64,000 nucleotides of DNA, taken from positions 1-64,000 of the forward strand of contig JBDTZG010000004.1 of NCBI GenBank assembly GCA_040005235.1. The letters are read 5' to 3'. Under the pieces are notes generated by a model. That model saw only the letters and a list, made by a program, of their open reading frames with translations. It had not been told where the DNA came from and did no database searches. Position numbers and translations under genes: made by a program. The stretch is from Acidobacteriota bacterium. Lineage in GTDB: Bacteria > Acidobacteriota > Thermoanaerobaculia > Multivoradales > UBA5704. Position 1 is the stretch's first letter. Each line of letters starts with the position of its first letter. This document shows, in pieces, positions 32,373 to 42,776 of the stretch.

Positions 32373-33296
32373 TCAGAACAGGATGCGATCGACCAGCATG
32401 ACGCCGAGCAGCGCGGGCAGATAGAGGATCGACGCGAACATCAGCCGCCTGGCCGAAGCGTCGCTCTTGTCGCGGCTGAAACGGAGTGCCGCGAAGAGAT
32501 AGGCGATCCCGATCGCCAATGCCGCCCAGAAATAGACCGGGCCCAGCAGCTTCAATGGCGTGGGCAGAAGGGAGACCGGCACCAGCGCCGCGCCGTAGAG
32601 GACCGCCTGGCGGGCGGCCTGGGTTCCCGTGGGATCGGTCACCGTGAGCATGGGGAAACCGCCGGCTCGGTAGTCGTCGCGGCAGAGCCAGGCGATCGCC
32701 AGGAAATGCGGCATCTGCCAGAAGAACAGGATGCCGAACAGGACCCAAGCGGGCAGGCCGACCTGGTCGCGCACCGCCGCCCAGCCCATCATCGGCGGGA
32801 TCGCGCCGGGCACCGCGCCGATGATCGTCGAGAGCGAGGTGATCGGTTTGAGCGGCGTATAGATGAAGACGTAGCCCACCAGCGCCGCGACCCCGAGCAG
32901 GGCGGTCAGCAGATTGACCCGGATCGCCAAATAACCGAGTCCGCCGATGCCGAGCGCCACGCCCCAGAGCAGGGCGGCATCCGGATGCATGCGGCCGGAG
33001 GGAACCGGGCGGTCGAGCGTCCTGCGCATTCGGGCGTCGCGCTCGCGCTCCAGCACCTGGTTGAGCGCCGACGCGCCGGCCGAGACCAGCCCCGTGCCGA
33101 TGAGGGTGTGGACCAGCAGCCAGAACGAGATCGGTCCCCCCCGCTCGGCGAGCAGGAAGCCCATCCCGGCGGTGAGCACGACCATCGTCGTGATCCGCGG
33201 CTTGGCGAGGGTCGAGAGATCGGAGAGCAGGCGGCTCTCCCGCGCCGGCCGGTCCGTGACCACCCCCTCCGCCTCCACGGCGTCCGCCGCTTTCAT
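32373..33296 (-). CDS. ctaB: Heme O synthase (protoheme IX farnesyltransferase)
   Basis: KPRI, ERERDARMRRT, YTPLK, GAIPP, FWQMPHF. Confidence 0.95.
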   Translation of the reverse strand: MKAADAVEAEGVVTDRPARESRLLSDLSTLAKPRITTMVVLTAGMGFLLAERGGPISFWLLVHTLIGTGLVSAGASALNQVLERERDARMRRTLDRPVPSGRMHPDAALLWGVALGIGGLGYLAIRVNLLTALLGVAALVGYVFIYTPLKPITSLSTIIGAVPGAIPPMMGWAAVRDQVGLPAWVLFGILFFWQMPHFLAIAWLCRDDYRAGGFPMLTVTDPTGTQAARQAVLYGAALVPVSLLPTPLKLLGPVYFWAALAIGIAYLFAALRFSRDKSDASARRLMFASILYLPALLGVMLVDRILF

Positions 33297-34318
33297 AGGG
33301 TCACCTGTCGCGTGCCGAGGGAATCCGGCCGCGGGGAGAGTCGGGGCGGCCCCGAGGCTGCCGGAGCGGCGGCCGATTCAGTCGCCCGGGCGAGGCGGGC
33401 GGCATGGAGCGACAGGATCAGGCTGCAGGCGAGCAGCGAGGCGCCGGTCGCCACGTGGAGGGTGTTCACCCACACGACTCGGCCGGTGAGCACCACCGCG
33501 CCGCCGAGCGAAATTTGAGCGACCACCAGAAGCGCCATCGCGAGGGCCGGCCGGGTGAGCGCGCCGAGGTCGGCATGGTGGCGGAATACCCGGACGACCG
33601 TCCAAGAGAGGAGGATCAGCACCAGCAGCGCGCCCACCCGGTGGGCGTAGTGCAGACCGATTTTCAGATCGAACTGCGCGGGCACCAGCCGGCCGAACGC
33701 GAGCGGGAAGTCAGGGATCGCTAACCCCGCGCCGTTGTGCCGCACGAACGCGCCGAGCAGAATCTGAAGATAGATGAGCCCGGTGGTCGCAAACGCCATT
33801 CGTCGCAGCGGCCCGACCGGCTCGGCCGGCGATTCCGTGCCGCCCCAATAGCGGGGCGAGGTGACGACGGCGATCGAAGTGACCAGGCAGAGGAACAGCT
33901 CGGCCAGCGCCGCGTGGGAGATCGAAACCGCGGGCGGCAGGAAGAGAAGGACGGTCAATCCGCCCAGCAGCGCCTGGGCGAACACCGCGGCGACCGCGAA
34001 GCCGCCGAGCCGCCGCACGCCAGGACGCCGCTCCGCCCGCGACAGCCAGATCGCGAGCGCCACGGTCAAAAGGGCGACCGTTCCGGCGAACAGCCGGTGA
34101 CCGTGCTCGGCCCGGACCGCATCGAGATGCCACCAGCCCGGCGGGTTCAGGCTGCCGTAAGAAAGCGGCCAATCGGGAACCGACAGCCCCGCCTCTTTGC
34201 TCTTGACCAATGCGCCTGCCGCGATCAGCAGGACGACCAGCCCGGCAAGGACCAGGGCGAAGCGGTGGAGCGCCCGCGAAACCGGGGGCGTGGAAGAGTT
34301 TGCGTCGAAAGAATCCAA
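33293..34318 (-). CDS. ctaA: Heme A synthase (COX15/CtaA)
   Basis: GLSVPDWP, EHGHR, QALLGG, HYAHR; start codon uncertain. Confidence 0.85.
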   Translation of the reverse strand: MDSFDANSSTPPVSRALHRFALVLAGLVVLLIAAGALVKSKEAGLSVPDWPLSYGSLNPPGWWHLDAVRAEHGHRLFAGTVALLTVALAIWLSRAERRPGVRRLGGFAVAAVFAQALLGGLTVLLFLPPAVSISHAALAELFLCLVTSIAVVTSPRYWGGTESPAEPVGPLRRMAFATTGLIYLQILLGAFVRHNGAGLAIPDFPLAFGRLVPAQFDLKIGLHYAHRVGALLVLILLSWTVVRVFRHHADLGALTRPALAMALLVVAQISLGGAVVLTGRVVWVNTLHVATGASLLACSLILSLHAARLARATESAAAPAASGPPRLSPRPDSLGTRQVTL

Positions 34319-34678
34319 GATTCGGGAATCCGTCGGAAAATGTGCCCCGGAGGGTCCCGGGGGAACCGGGTCAGTCTAACGCGGAATCCCGGCCGGAACC
34401 CCCCGAAGGAGTGGGAGCTCTCCGATTCGCTACACCTCCCCGAAAGAGCCTGGCCGCGAGCCGGACCTCGAAGGAGCGGCCTCGATCAGGACGTTGGCGA
34501 ACAGCGGATTGAATCCGGTCGCCGTGTGGTGGGTCTTTGAGAGGCGCTGGCGCGAGCCGAAGACGGGAATCCCTAAAATGTCGGCGAGCATGCGCGCGGG
34601 AAAAAAGGCGACAGGGGCGGAGATCACCCCGCATTCGATAGACTGGGCCAAACACTACTCCTGAAGGCGGAAGCTCCC

Positions 34679-35080
34679 ATGCGACGACTCGATTCAAAAG
34701 CGGCCAAAGCTCTCGCGTTCTCCCTCCTGCTTCTTGCGGCTTCGCTCGGAGCCGGGGCGGCGGCGGGCGGAATCGATTTCGACCGGTTCCAGGGTGGCGC
34801 CTGCCGCTCGGATCAGGCCGCGGTCGCCAAGGCAGAGGTTTCGGGCTGCGCCGCCAACGACCAGTGCGGCGCCGACGAGTTCTGCGCCCGCCTATACGGC
34901 GAGTGCGCCAAGCCGGGCGCCTGCGAAACCCGGCCCAAGGACTGCGCGGAGCACGGGCACAGTTACGTCAAACCGATGTGCGGATGCGATGGGAAGACCT
35001 ACGACAACGCCTGCCTGGCCGGTGCCGCCGGGACGAGCGTCGACCACGACGGTCCCTGCGCGGGCCAGCCCGCCCCGTAG
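34679..35080 (+). CDS. Secreted Kazal-type domain protein
   Basis: Signal peptide; PMCGCDGKTYDNAC ... HDGPC. Confidence 0.8.
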   Translation: MRRLDSKAAKALAFSLLLLAASLGAGAAAGGIDFDRFQGGACRSDQAAVAKAEVSGCAANDQCGADEFCARLYGECAKPGACETRPKDCAEHGHSYVKPMCGCDGKTYDNACLAGAAGTSVDHDGPCAGQPAP

Positions 35081-35210
35081 GGCGCGAGGTTAGGCTGGCC
35101 CGCGCGGTCCCGCCGGTTGATTTTGTGTATATCCAACAATCCGAGCACCCAGAGCGGCACTCCGAGCTTCGCGCCCTGGAACAGCGAAAAGCAACCCTTC
35201 AAGATGGGCT

Positions 35211-35543
35211 TTACCGGTTTCGGCTGGCGACTGCCGCGTGTCGCGACTCCGGCGTGCAGCTCGTCGCGAGCCACGGCAGTTCCGCGGAAGCCCGTCCGGC
35301 CGCCGCCTTCTCGCTCCCGCCGGCCGCGAATCCACCGCAGTCGTATCCTCCGACGCACAGGCCGACCTCGGCGCAGGTGTGGTTGAGGGGGCCGTTGAAG
35401 GCGAACGAGCAAGGCTTCGAGCAGAGAGAAGCGCAGTCACACAGCTCCGTGCATTCCTTCGATTGATTGGCGAGCGCCGGCATCGAGAACGAAATGGCGA
35501 AGACGACGGCGATTGCGTTGGAAATCCTAGCTATGCGGTTCAT
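35211..35543 (-). CDS. Small secreted Cys-rich protein
   Basis: Signal peptide ending in ALA, then CTELCDCASLCSKPC...C...C...C. Confidence 0.6.
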   Translation of the reverse strand: MNRIARISNAIAVVFAISFSMPALANQSKECTELCDCASLCSKPCSFAFNGPLNHTCAEVGLCVGGYDCGGFAAGGSEKAAAGRASAELPWLATSCTPESRHAAVASRNR

Positions 35544-35718
35544 GGGGGCTCCCAAGCGAAGCTCGCCTCCCGGCATTAGGCGCGAGCGCTCCTGTAAAGG
35601 CTGGTGCGCTCGTTTCGGTCAGGCGAGCCCGGCTCTACAAGAAGCCGCCTGCCAAGACGCAGGAGCCGTCCGCCAACTCGCAATAGCCACCTGCGAAATC
35701 GCATACCGCCCGCCCGCT

Positions 35719-35822
35719 AGAAGAGGGCGGCACCTATTTGGACCCCCTATTCGGACCGGAGCCGCGAGGTTGGAGCCCCAAGCTCGCCCGCTTCATGGGC
35801 TGTTTCAACTCGAGCTCGCCCG
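35719..35822 (+). mobile_element. Y1 end motif plus a tiny transposase remnant
   Basis: AGAAGAGGGCGGCACCTATT, then GCCCGCTTCATGGGCTGTTTCAACTCGAGCTCGCCCGC (compare 3674-3712). Confidence 0.7.
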
Positions 35823-35941
35823 CCAGCAGCGGCGGGGAGTCCAAAGCGTCACCCCTCGCCACTGAAGGTCCCCTGCTCGCCTGAAGAATCGTCCGGAAAT
35901 GGGGTTTCGCCGGCCAGGAAAAGGCAACGCCGCTCGCCAAC

Positions 35942-36390
35942 TGTGCGGATTTGAATCAACATTGTGCGAAAACCGATGGCGGAGCTCCTTTTCTGACCCC
36001 GGAAAACGCTTTCGCCGTTGCGCTCTGTGCGGACCTGGAAGAAATTAGTGCGAAGTTGGGAGAAATCGGGAATTTCTCGGGTCGTCGTTGTGCGGATTGC
36101 TAGTAAACTCTGTGCAAACCTCAATGGGGAGAGTACTGATCTGGGTGGAAAATACACAATTCTGGACGAGTGGCGATCTGAGACGGGTCAACTGCGGACT
36201 CTTTTGTCTGATGTCCGCACAAGCCGAGGATATTCTCTGTACAAAGCCGGTTGCAATTAAAGTAGGTCCACCCAGTTCTTGGCGTGCCCCAATTAATCTC
36301 GCACAGATCTCGTCCAGATCCGCACATGCGTCTTCCAGCAAAGGGGTTTGGTGTTCTAGGTTCGCACAGGCGCCACTCGCGTTTGCACAA
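35942..36390. repeat. Second inverted 21-bp-phased array (TGTGCG left arm, CGCACA right arm)
   Basis: Left cores at 35942, 35963, 36026, 36047, 36089, 36111; right cores at 36216, 36300, 36321, 36363, 36384. Confidence 0.75.
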
Positions 36391-36924
36391 ATCTGAACCA
36401 GAAAAGAAGTTCCGGTGGCCACGAATGTCGAGCGAGGTCGAAGCCGCGAGTTCCCGGCGGGTCATGTCTCGGATTTGTAAGGGAGGGCCTCGAGATCCAC
36501 AACGCCGTGTAAGGCTTCAAACTCGGGATCCTTGTGGACCAAGATTGCGCTCAACCGGCTGGCGAGCCCGGCGTTGTCCTAGAAGATGCTCTAGGAGCCG
36601 CTCTCCCTTGGCGGAGCCGCGAAGGGCGGCGACAGGGTCCGCCGGCACGGGAATCACGCGGATGACATCCCCTTCATCGAGCCACACCAGGCGGTCTCCC
36701 TCGCGAATCTGATGCCGCTTGCGGATTTTTTGGTGACCGCGGTTTCCATTGCGCCCTCCTTGGCCGAAAACCTAGCAAGGAGAGAGGGGCCACCGCAAGG
36801 AGCGGGGCCGAATTGCAAGGCGCTGGGCGACAACCGGCCAAGACCAGAGCGACCCCGAAAGCGACGATCGAAACCTGCCGACGTCGCTTGGCCGAGTATG
36901 ACCGCTACAAGTAGGAGGCTGCCC

Positions 36925-37248
36925 ATGGATTCAAAGAAGAGAGAGCGGCTCGAATCCCACGGTTGGAAGGTGGGCTCCGCCGAGGAGTTCCTCGGTCTCA
37001 CCGCCGACGAGAGTTCCTACATCGACCTGTGGCTCAAGCTCAGCGATGCCGTCCGCCGGCTTCGTAGGGAGCGGAGTTTGACCCAGCTGCAGCTCGCCGA
37101 GCGGCTGCAATCCAGCCAGAGCCGCATCGCGAAAGCGGAGGCCGCCGACGAATCGGTCTCCTTGGATCTATTGATTCGGACCCTGCTCGCGCTCGGAGCT
37201 TCCGATCGCGACCTGGCCGAGGTGATCGCAGGGGATCGAGCGGCGTAG
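36925..37248 (+). CDS. XRE/HTH antitoxin, orphan
   Basis: GWKVGSAEEFLGL ... LTQLQLAERLQSSQSRIAKAE; preceded by a toxin tail TIETCRRRLAEYDRYK-stop (36863-36914). Confidence 0.8.
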   Translation: MDSKKRERLESHGWKVGSAEEFLGLTADESSYIDLWLKLSDAVRRLRRERSLTQLQLAERLQSSQSRIAKAEAADESVSLDLLIRTLLALGASDRDLAEVIAGDRAA

Positions 37249-37327
37249 AGTCCCACTCGGGTCGAGCTGTGATCGAAACGACGATCCAGATGCTCCCGGG
37301 CGAGCTCCTCGTGCTAACATCTGATGC

Positions 37328-37570
37328 ATGCGCACCACTCTCGACATCGCAGACGACGTACTGATGGCGGTCAAGGACAGGGCACGACGGCAGAAGCGCA
37401 GTATCGGAGACCTCCTGTCCGAGCTTGCCCGGGCTGCTTTGACTCACAGGTACCGGGAAAACAGTGAAATCAAGCCGAAGAGCTTCTATGGCTTCGATCC
37501 GTTGCCTCTTCGGGGCGGGACGGTCTCCAACGAGCTGATCGACAAACTCCGAGAAGAAGACCTCGATTGA
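37328..37570 (+). CDS. VapB-like RHH antitoxin
   Basis: MRTTLDIADDVL ... VSNELIDKLREE. Confidence 0.85.
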   Translation: MRTTLDIADDVLMAVKDRARRQKRSIGDLLSELARAALTHRYRENSEIKPKSFYGFDPLPLRGGTVSNELIDKLREEDLD

Positions 37571-37998
37571 TGCGGGCGCTTCTCGACATCAACGTTCTCC
37601 TCGCGCTGCTGGATGCAGAACACGCCGACCATCAGCGAGCCCAAGAGTGGGTCTCCGCGGAGATCCAACACGGCTGGGCATCTTGCGCCCTGACCCAAAA
37701 CGGGTTCGTTCGCATCATCAGCCAGCCGAAGTACCCGAGCCCGGTGTCTCCCTCCGAGGCCGTCGAGCGACTCAACCGAGCGACCCGCACCGAGTACCAC
37801 GAGTTTTGGCCCTGTTCGATCAGCCTTCTCGACGACCGTCGCATTGACCCCAGCCGAGTTCACGGGCCTCGCCAAGTGACCGATATCTATCTTCTCGCGC
37901 TCGCCGTCGAGCACAAAGGAAGATTCGTCACTTTCGATCGCTCCATCCCGCTGTCGGCGGCCCTGGGAGCTACGCCCGAGCATCTCGTCGTTATCTAA
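37570..37998 (+). CDS. VapC PIN-family toxin
   Basis: ALLDINVLLAL ... QVTDIYLLALA ... FVTFD. Confidence 0.9.
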   Translation: MRALLDINVLLALLDAEHADHQRAQEWVSAEIQHGWASCALTQNGFVRIISQPKYPSPVSPSEAVERLNRATRTEYHEFWPCSISLLDDRRIDPSRVHGPRQVTDIYLLALAVEHKGRFVTFDRSIPLSAALGATPEHLVVI

Positions 37999-38059
37999 CG
38001 TACCGGGGCCGTCTGGCTGCGTATTCCGCTCGAAGGCGACCACCGGTTCCATTCGAAGG

Positions 38060-38195
38060 CGACCCCTGATTCCGAGTCGAGTCGCACCACAAAAGGCCGG
38101 TTGAAGAAAATCTCCTCGGCCTCCCAAAAGGCGACGCCGTGTTTTTCGAGGTTCTTCTCAAGGTTCCCCTCGTCCCACTGGAAGCCCGAAGCCAT
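38060..38195 (-). pseudogene. Truncated BrnT-family toxin
   Basis: GFQWDEGNLEKNLEKHGVAFWEAEEIFFN, after which similarity is lost. Confidence 0.7.
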
Positions 38196-38664
38196 CGCCA
38201 ACTGCCGCCGGATGGCTGCGCTCGATCGCCTGCCTGAGCGCGTAGGCCCTTCGCGTGATGAGTCGCTCCAAGTAACGACGAAGGAAAAGCGTGTCGGCCA
38301 GCCAGCCGAGAGGACCCAAGGGCGAGCGGAACTCGATCACATCCCTCATCTTCGTACGGCCGTCCATCTCCTCGAAGTAGTGGTCGTGGACGAACGACGC
38401 GAACACCCCTTGAATCATTCGATCCTGAAAGTACCGAGGCGGATCGAACGCCGTAATCCTCGAGGTGAGGTTCTGCACGACGCCCAAATGCCTCGCGCGC
38501 CAAGTGACCGTCTCGCCCAGGCCGATCAGGCCGCTCGTTTTCCCGCCTACCGCGCGTTCCCCCGTGTGCTTCAACGAGGACTCATGCAAGTCGATATCGC
38601 GCGCGGCGTCGAAGCAGCGGATGGCGGGGGCGGAGATCTGAGAGATGACTTCAAAACGCGGCAT
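38158..38664 (-). CDS. SRPBCC-family protein
   Basis: CFDAARDIDLH ... GETVTWRARHLG ... FVHDHYF. Confidence 0.8.
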   Translation of the reverse strand: MPRFEVISQISAPAIRCFDAARDIDLHESSLKHTGERAVGGKTSGLIGLGETVTWRARHLGVVQNLTSRITAFDPPRYFQDRMIQGVFASFVHDHYFEEMDGRTKMRDVIEFRSPLGPLGWLADTLFLRRYLERLITRRAYALRQAIERSHPAAVGDGFGLPVGRGEP

Positions 38665-38789
38665 GTGGAGGTTGCGGGCGCGTGGCCAAGAGCCCGACCG
38701 ATGCTACATCAGCTCTAGAGCGACATAATTCGGGGGGCGAGTAGCCCCCGGCGACGCGCAATCGGTAGGCTTCGAGGAGCGCCGGCGCA

Positions 38790-38867
38790 CCTGTCCGCCA
38801 GGTCACGGATCGAGTCCGGAAGACCTCGGTAGCACGCCCAAAAGTCGGCCGAGGCGCGATGCTTCAC
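38790..38867 (-). pseudogene. N-terminal fragment of a ParE/RelE-like toxin
   Basis: GTG start overlaps the antitoxin stop; reads MKHRASADFWACYRGLPDSIRDLADR, then unrelated sequence. Confidence 0.6.
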
Positions 38868-39064
38868 AGCTCGGTGGTTTCGCCTGAGCGCAAGTCGGAG
38901 AGCGCCTTTTCAGCCAAGTGGTCGAGCCGGCCAGCCCCAACATCGCCTTCGAACTGGACGTCCCAGGCCACCGCGTCGAAGGCTGCGAACCAGTTCCGAA
39001 ATACCGCCAGCTCTTCGGCTGTCAGCTCCTCGACTTCCCGCTCCAAAGCTTGGACTCGACTCAT
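38864..39064 (-). CDS. Small antitoxin
   Basis: GGAGG RBS; FRNWFAAFDAVAWDVQFEGDVGAGRLDHLAE. Confidence 0.75.
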   Translation of the reverse strand: MSRVQALEREVEELTAEELAVFRNWFAAFDAVAWDVQFEGDVGAGRLDHLAEKALSDLRSGETTEL

Positions 39065-39158
39065 GGTTGCTTCCTCCTTCTTCTACGGGACTATATCTTC
39101 CACTGTCGAGCTACTCGAGATCTACGCGGCGAAGACCTCGGCGTTTTGAGCGCCAGTC

Positions 39159-39368
39159 TTACCGAGGCCCCTGTAGCTTTCGGGCTTCTCGAAAGAGAGT
39201 GGATGCATCCCAAACCGGAAGCAGGGTCCTTCGCTCTTCGGTGTAGTTGCCCGAGCCAGGATCGTATTGGCGAAGGAACCGGACCGCATTGACCCACCCG
39301 AGAGCCTCTGTGAGAGCCTGAAAACCGCGGTGCCTCAACTCGCTCTGACTTGTGATCAGTGTGTCCAT
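39159..39368 (-). CDS. Small antitoxin-like protein
   Basis: GFQALTEALGWVNAVRFLRQYDPGSGNYTEER resembles small partners of PIN toxins. Confidence 0.65.
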   Translation of the reverse strand: MDTLITSQSELRHRGFQALTEALGWVNAVRFLRQYDPGSGNYTEERRTLLPVWDASTLFREARKLQGPR

Positions 39369-39407
39369 TGAGAGAACTCCTCAAGGAAGCTGACGGTGCT
39401 CATTCGC

Positions 39408-39656
39408 TCATTCGCCACCGGGCAGGCGATCCTCCGGTCTGGGCTCGGAAGAGGGCACCTTGGCGAGGACCCGCTCGAACAACGCGCGGTCGCCACGGCT
39501 CGCGCGACCCTCCAAATAGGCGACGGTCGTCAAAGCGGCGAGTTTCTCGGCTACGGCGGTCGCGATGAACTGATTCATCGAGATCCCTTCCTGCCGCGCC
39601 AGTTCGCCCACCGAGCGATGCAGGGATTCCGGGAGTCGAAGGCTTAGGGTACTCAT
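39408..39656 (-). CDS. HicB-like/RHH antitoxin
   Basis: MSTLSLRLPESLH ... GISMNQFIATAVAEK. Confidence 0.8.
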   Translation of the reverse strand: MSTLSLRLPESLHRSVGELARQEGISMNQFIATAVAEKLAALTTVAYLEGRASRGDRALFERVLAKVPSSEPRPEDRLPGGE

Positions 39657-40084
39657 GGCAATTCTCCTAGAACCGTGAGGAAGTCAGCGGGGGTGAGGAC
39701 TTCGATCCCAAACCGATCGGCGCCGACGAAATCGCGGATATTGAAAGTGACGATGAACTGGCAGCTGCCCGCAACTGCGACCTCAAGCACCATGTCATCG
39801 CCGGGATCGCGAAGCGTCGGGCGCCAGAGAAAGAAGATCTCTTGGCGATGGCTCGTGGCGCAAAGGTAATCGAGAACGACCGCGATATCCTCGACGGTGA
39901 TCGGCGTGATCGCCGGAAGCGGGGCCAGAGCATGTTCGTACTCGAGAACGAGAGGTACGGATACAACGACCTGGAACTTCGACCCGCCGACCAGCTGAAG
40001 CAAACGATACGAGGCACCCTTCGACGACCTCATTGCCGCGTAGAGAACGTTCGTGTCGAGGACGATACGAGGCACTCTTGGCAT
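39653..40084 (-). CDS. PIN-family toxin
   Basis: IVLDTNVLYAA ... LRDPGDDMVLEVA ... IVTFNIRDF. Confidence 0.85.
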   Translation of the reverse strand: MPRVPRIVLDTNVLYAAMRSSKGASYRLLQLVGGSKFQVVVSVPLVLEYEHALAPLPAITPITVEDIAVVLDYLCATSHRQEIFFLWRPTLRDPGDDMVLEVAVAGSCQFIVTFNIRDFVGADRFGIEVLTPADFLTVLGELP

Positions 40085-40169
40085 GGTGGCGCCGATGATA
40101 CCATCGAGTCCGGCCGTCTGACCCTTCCCCACCTGAGGTCCCCCGACCGTTTTCGATCCGGCTGGCCCG

Positions 40170-40760
40170 GGCCGCTTCTCAACGAGCGCGGGTTGAAGAC
40201 ATCGCCGAGTTGGTCGATGCGATCATTAAAAAAGCCGCCGCTCGGCGATCCGAGACTGGAATCGAACCCCTCGGCCCGGCAGCGATCCTCAAGCAACAGC
40301 AGTTCTCTCAACCGGCCAAGACCAAGAAGTCGCCCGCCCCGCTCGTCCACGCCGCCAGCAAACAGGTGCGGACCCAGATCAGGATCACCTACGATTGGTT
40401 TGTCCGGGCCTTCCGCGAGGCGGCGGAATTCCTGAGAGCTGGCGACCGGCAGGCGCGCTTTCCGCAAGGGTGCTTTCCGCCCGGGTTGCCGTTTGTTCGA
40501 GAGGGGCGGTTAGTAGCGATCATGCCGGCCACGTAGTCGGGGATCACCCGTTCAACGCAAAGCAGAGTCCTCTCGAAGTCCCGGCCGGTGGGCCGCGATT
40601 CGCCGCCCCGAGACCCCAAGTGCTTCGATTTTGGCCTCACTTCCTGCCAAGAGCTGGCTTACGCCAGGACCTCTCTACAGCTTCCGGACGCCGGGCGGAG
40701 TCTCTTCGCCTCGCGGTTGCCGCACTTCGAGCGGGGTCGCTCCACCTTTTAGGCACGTTT
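40170..40760 (+). pseudogene. Y1 transposase fragment(s) plus degenerate end region
   Basis: ETGIEPLGPAAILKQQQFSQPAKTKKSPAPLVHAAS ... FPPGLPFV; the downstream sequence resembles 46165-46420. Confidence 0.8.
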
Positions 40761-40921
40761 TGGGCCCGGGGTCAGGTGAAATTCCAAAGATAAGGGCGAG
40801 AGGGTGGCCTCAGGCGTGGCACGATGTGCGCTTGACCTGGCCTTTCGTCAGTGCTCTTATCCTCGATATTCTCACCGAGCGCTCTGTCTCTGTTGGTTAA
40901 GCGAACGATAGAGGAGGCAAT

Positions 40922-41080
40922 ATGAAGGAACGAAAATTCGCCAGAAAACTTTCCGTTTCTCGCGAGACGATTCAGCGTCTGGAAGTCCAGTCACTCCGGG
41001 AAGTCCTGGGGGCCTATACCATGTCGACCTGCAGCTGTATTCAAGGGTGTGCCGGCCAAAGCGCGACCTGCCCTCCTTAG
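40922..41080 (+). CDS. Lanthipeptide-like RiPP precursor 1 (52 aa)
   Basis: GAGGAGG RBS; MKERKFARKLSVSRETIQRLEVQSLREVLGA-YTMSTCSCIQGCAGQSATCPP; not in the ORF track. Confidence 0.8.
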   Translation: MKERKFARKLSVSRETIQRLEVQSLREVLGAYTMSTCSCIQGCAGQSATCPP

Positions 41081-41256
41081 CACACCGCCCTTCAGCGGAC
41101 TGAGGCCAGAAGCTTCGCGTCTTCCGCGAGACGGTAGAGCCGGCGTTCCCTTTGTTGGGAGGTTCGAAATACTATTTTCAGTTTTCTGGCCGTCGCGTGC
41201 CTGGGAGGCGTTGGGCCTTTCATTTTATTCTGATACGGCCATCTAAAGGAGGAAAG

Positions 41257-41436
41257 ATGAAAAACAAGGTCTTCCGGAAGCTTTCCATCTCCCGCGAGAC
41301 GGTTCATCGCCTTGAGGGTCTGGCACTCGAAGGAGTGGTCGGAGCCGCCACCCTTGCTTGCACTACGGTGACCCGACCAGGGTGCTCGGGTTGCGAGAGC
41401 TGCACCTGCCCGACCCAAGTCACCTGCCCTCCGTAG
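41257..41436 (+). CDS. Lanthipeptide-like RiPP precursor 2 (59 aa)
   Basis: AGGAGG RBS; MKNKVFRKLSISRETVHRLEGLALEGVVGA-ATLACTTVTRPGCSGCESCTCPTQVTCPP. Confidence 0.85.
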   Translation: MKNKVFRKLSISRETVHRLEGLALEGVVGAATLACTTVTRPGCSGCESCTCPTQVTCPP

Positions 41437-41474
41437 AAAAGGCGACCGACCGAGACGCTCAGGCGGAACGTTGG

Positions 41475-42776
41475 ATGGGCAGTCACGGCAAGCATTGGGC
41501 TCCGGTGCTTTCGGGCGATTTGGCCAGAGAAGCGCTCGGAGCCGTTGATGACGTGGCAAAGGACCTCCGCCTCACTTTTTGCGCAGATCCCGCCGGCCCG
41601 GCTTGGTCGCACTTTTCTGAGCGCTACGGCTCGCTAAGTGGCGGTCAGGCCGGGCTGGCCCTATTCTTCTCCTACCTCGACCGTTCCCAGCCGGATCGAG
41701 GCAACGACGTAATCGCTGCAAATTGCCTTGACCGGGCGATCGAATGGATGTCTTCGGCAGAGACCAGCGTAGGCCTATTTACCGGATTTGCCGGCGTGGC
41801 TTGGGCTCTCGAGCACCTTCGCGCGGAGATCGTCGATCCGCAGGCCGAAGACTTGGGCGCGGATGTCGCCACATTTCTTTTGAAGCTGGCCGACGAAACG
41901 CCCTGGCAAGGGGAACTCGATCTTATCGAGGGGCTCGCTGGACTCTGCCTCTACGGCCTTGAACGCCTGCCGCTGCCCGACAGCCGGGAACTGATCGAGG
42001 CGACCGCCACGCGGCTTTACGAGGCCGCTGTGATTCGCGACGATGGATCGAGCTGGTTGACCGCGCCCGAGCGGCTGATTCCGATGCGCCGAGGTCAATA
42101 TCCAAACGGAAACTTCAATCTTGGGCTGGCGCACGGCGTACCTGGAATTGTCGGAGCGCTCGCCCTCGCTGAAGCCGCAGGAATCATTCAGCCCAAGAAT
42201 CAGCTCGTGCTGCGCGACGCGGTGCGATGGCTTCGTGGACAGAGACTCTCGCCAGGAGAGAGGTCGCAATTTCCTTCCTGGGTGGGTGGTACCCAACCGC
42301 CGCAGCCGACGCGTCTCGCATGGTGCTATGGCGATCTCGGAATCGCGCTCGCACTTCACGCTGCCGCACTCGCCATCGGCGAGGAGACTTGGGAGCAACT
42401 GGCGCTGGAAATCGCTCGGGGTGCCGCGGTGCGTCCCGCAGACACTTGCGATGTGGTCGATGCGGGTTTTTGTCACGGCGCCGCAGGCCTGGGCCATCAG
42501 TTCAATCGTCTTTTCCAGAAAACGGGAGACGAGCTGTTCAGAGAGGCGGCGGTCTACTGGCTGCGCCTTACGCTCGAGCTCAGGAGTCCGGGCGAAGGGG
42601 TCGGAGGTTTTCGCGCGCGGGGTCCTGATCGCGCCGATCAAGAGACTTGGCTGGCGGATCCGGGCCTTCTGACGGGGGCTGCAGGTGTGGGCCTCGCTCT
42701 CCTCTCGGCCGCAACAGACGTAGAGCCGAAATGGGATCGGTTGTTTCTATGCTCCGCGCGTGACGACGGGTCCTAA
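41475..42776 (+). CDS. lanC: LanC-like lanthionine cyclase
   Basis: LGLAHGVPG, AWCYGDLG, GFCHGAAG (Zn ligands), GLLTGAAGVGLALL. Confidence 0.9.
   Translation: MGSHGKHWAPVLSGDLAREALGAVDDVAKDLRLTFCADPAGPAWSHFSERYGSLSGGQAGLALFFSYLDRSQPDRGNDVIAANCLDRAIEWMSSAETSVGLFTGFAGVAWALEHLRAEIVDPQAEDLGADVATFLLKLADETPWQGELDLIEGLAGLCLYGLERLPLPDSRELIEATATRLYEAAVIRDDGSSWLTAPERLIPMRRGQYPNGNFNLGLAHGVPGIVGALALAEAAGIIQPKNQLVLRDAVRWLRGQRLSPGERSQFPSWVGGTQPPQPTRLAWCYGDLGIALALHAAALAIGEETWEQLALEIARGAAVRPADTCDVVDAGFCHGAAGLGHQFNRLFQKTGDELFREAAVYWLRLTLELRSPGEGVGGFRARGPDRADQETWLADPGLLTGAAGVGLALLSAATDVEPKWDRLFLCSARDDGS

Noticed and set aside
34330-34670. ncRNA or riboswitch between ctaA and the Kazal gene
   Set aside because: No family motif recognised by eye.
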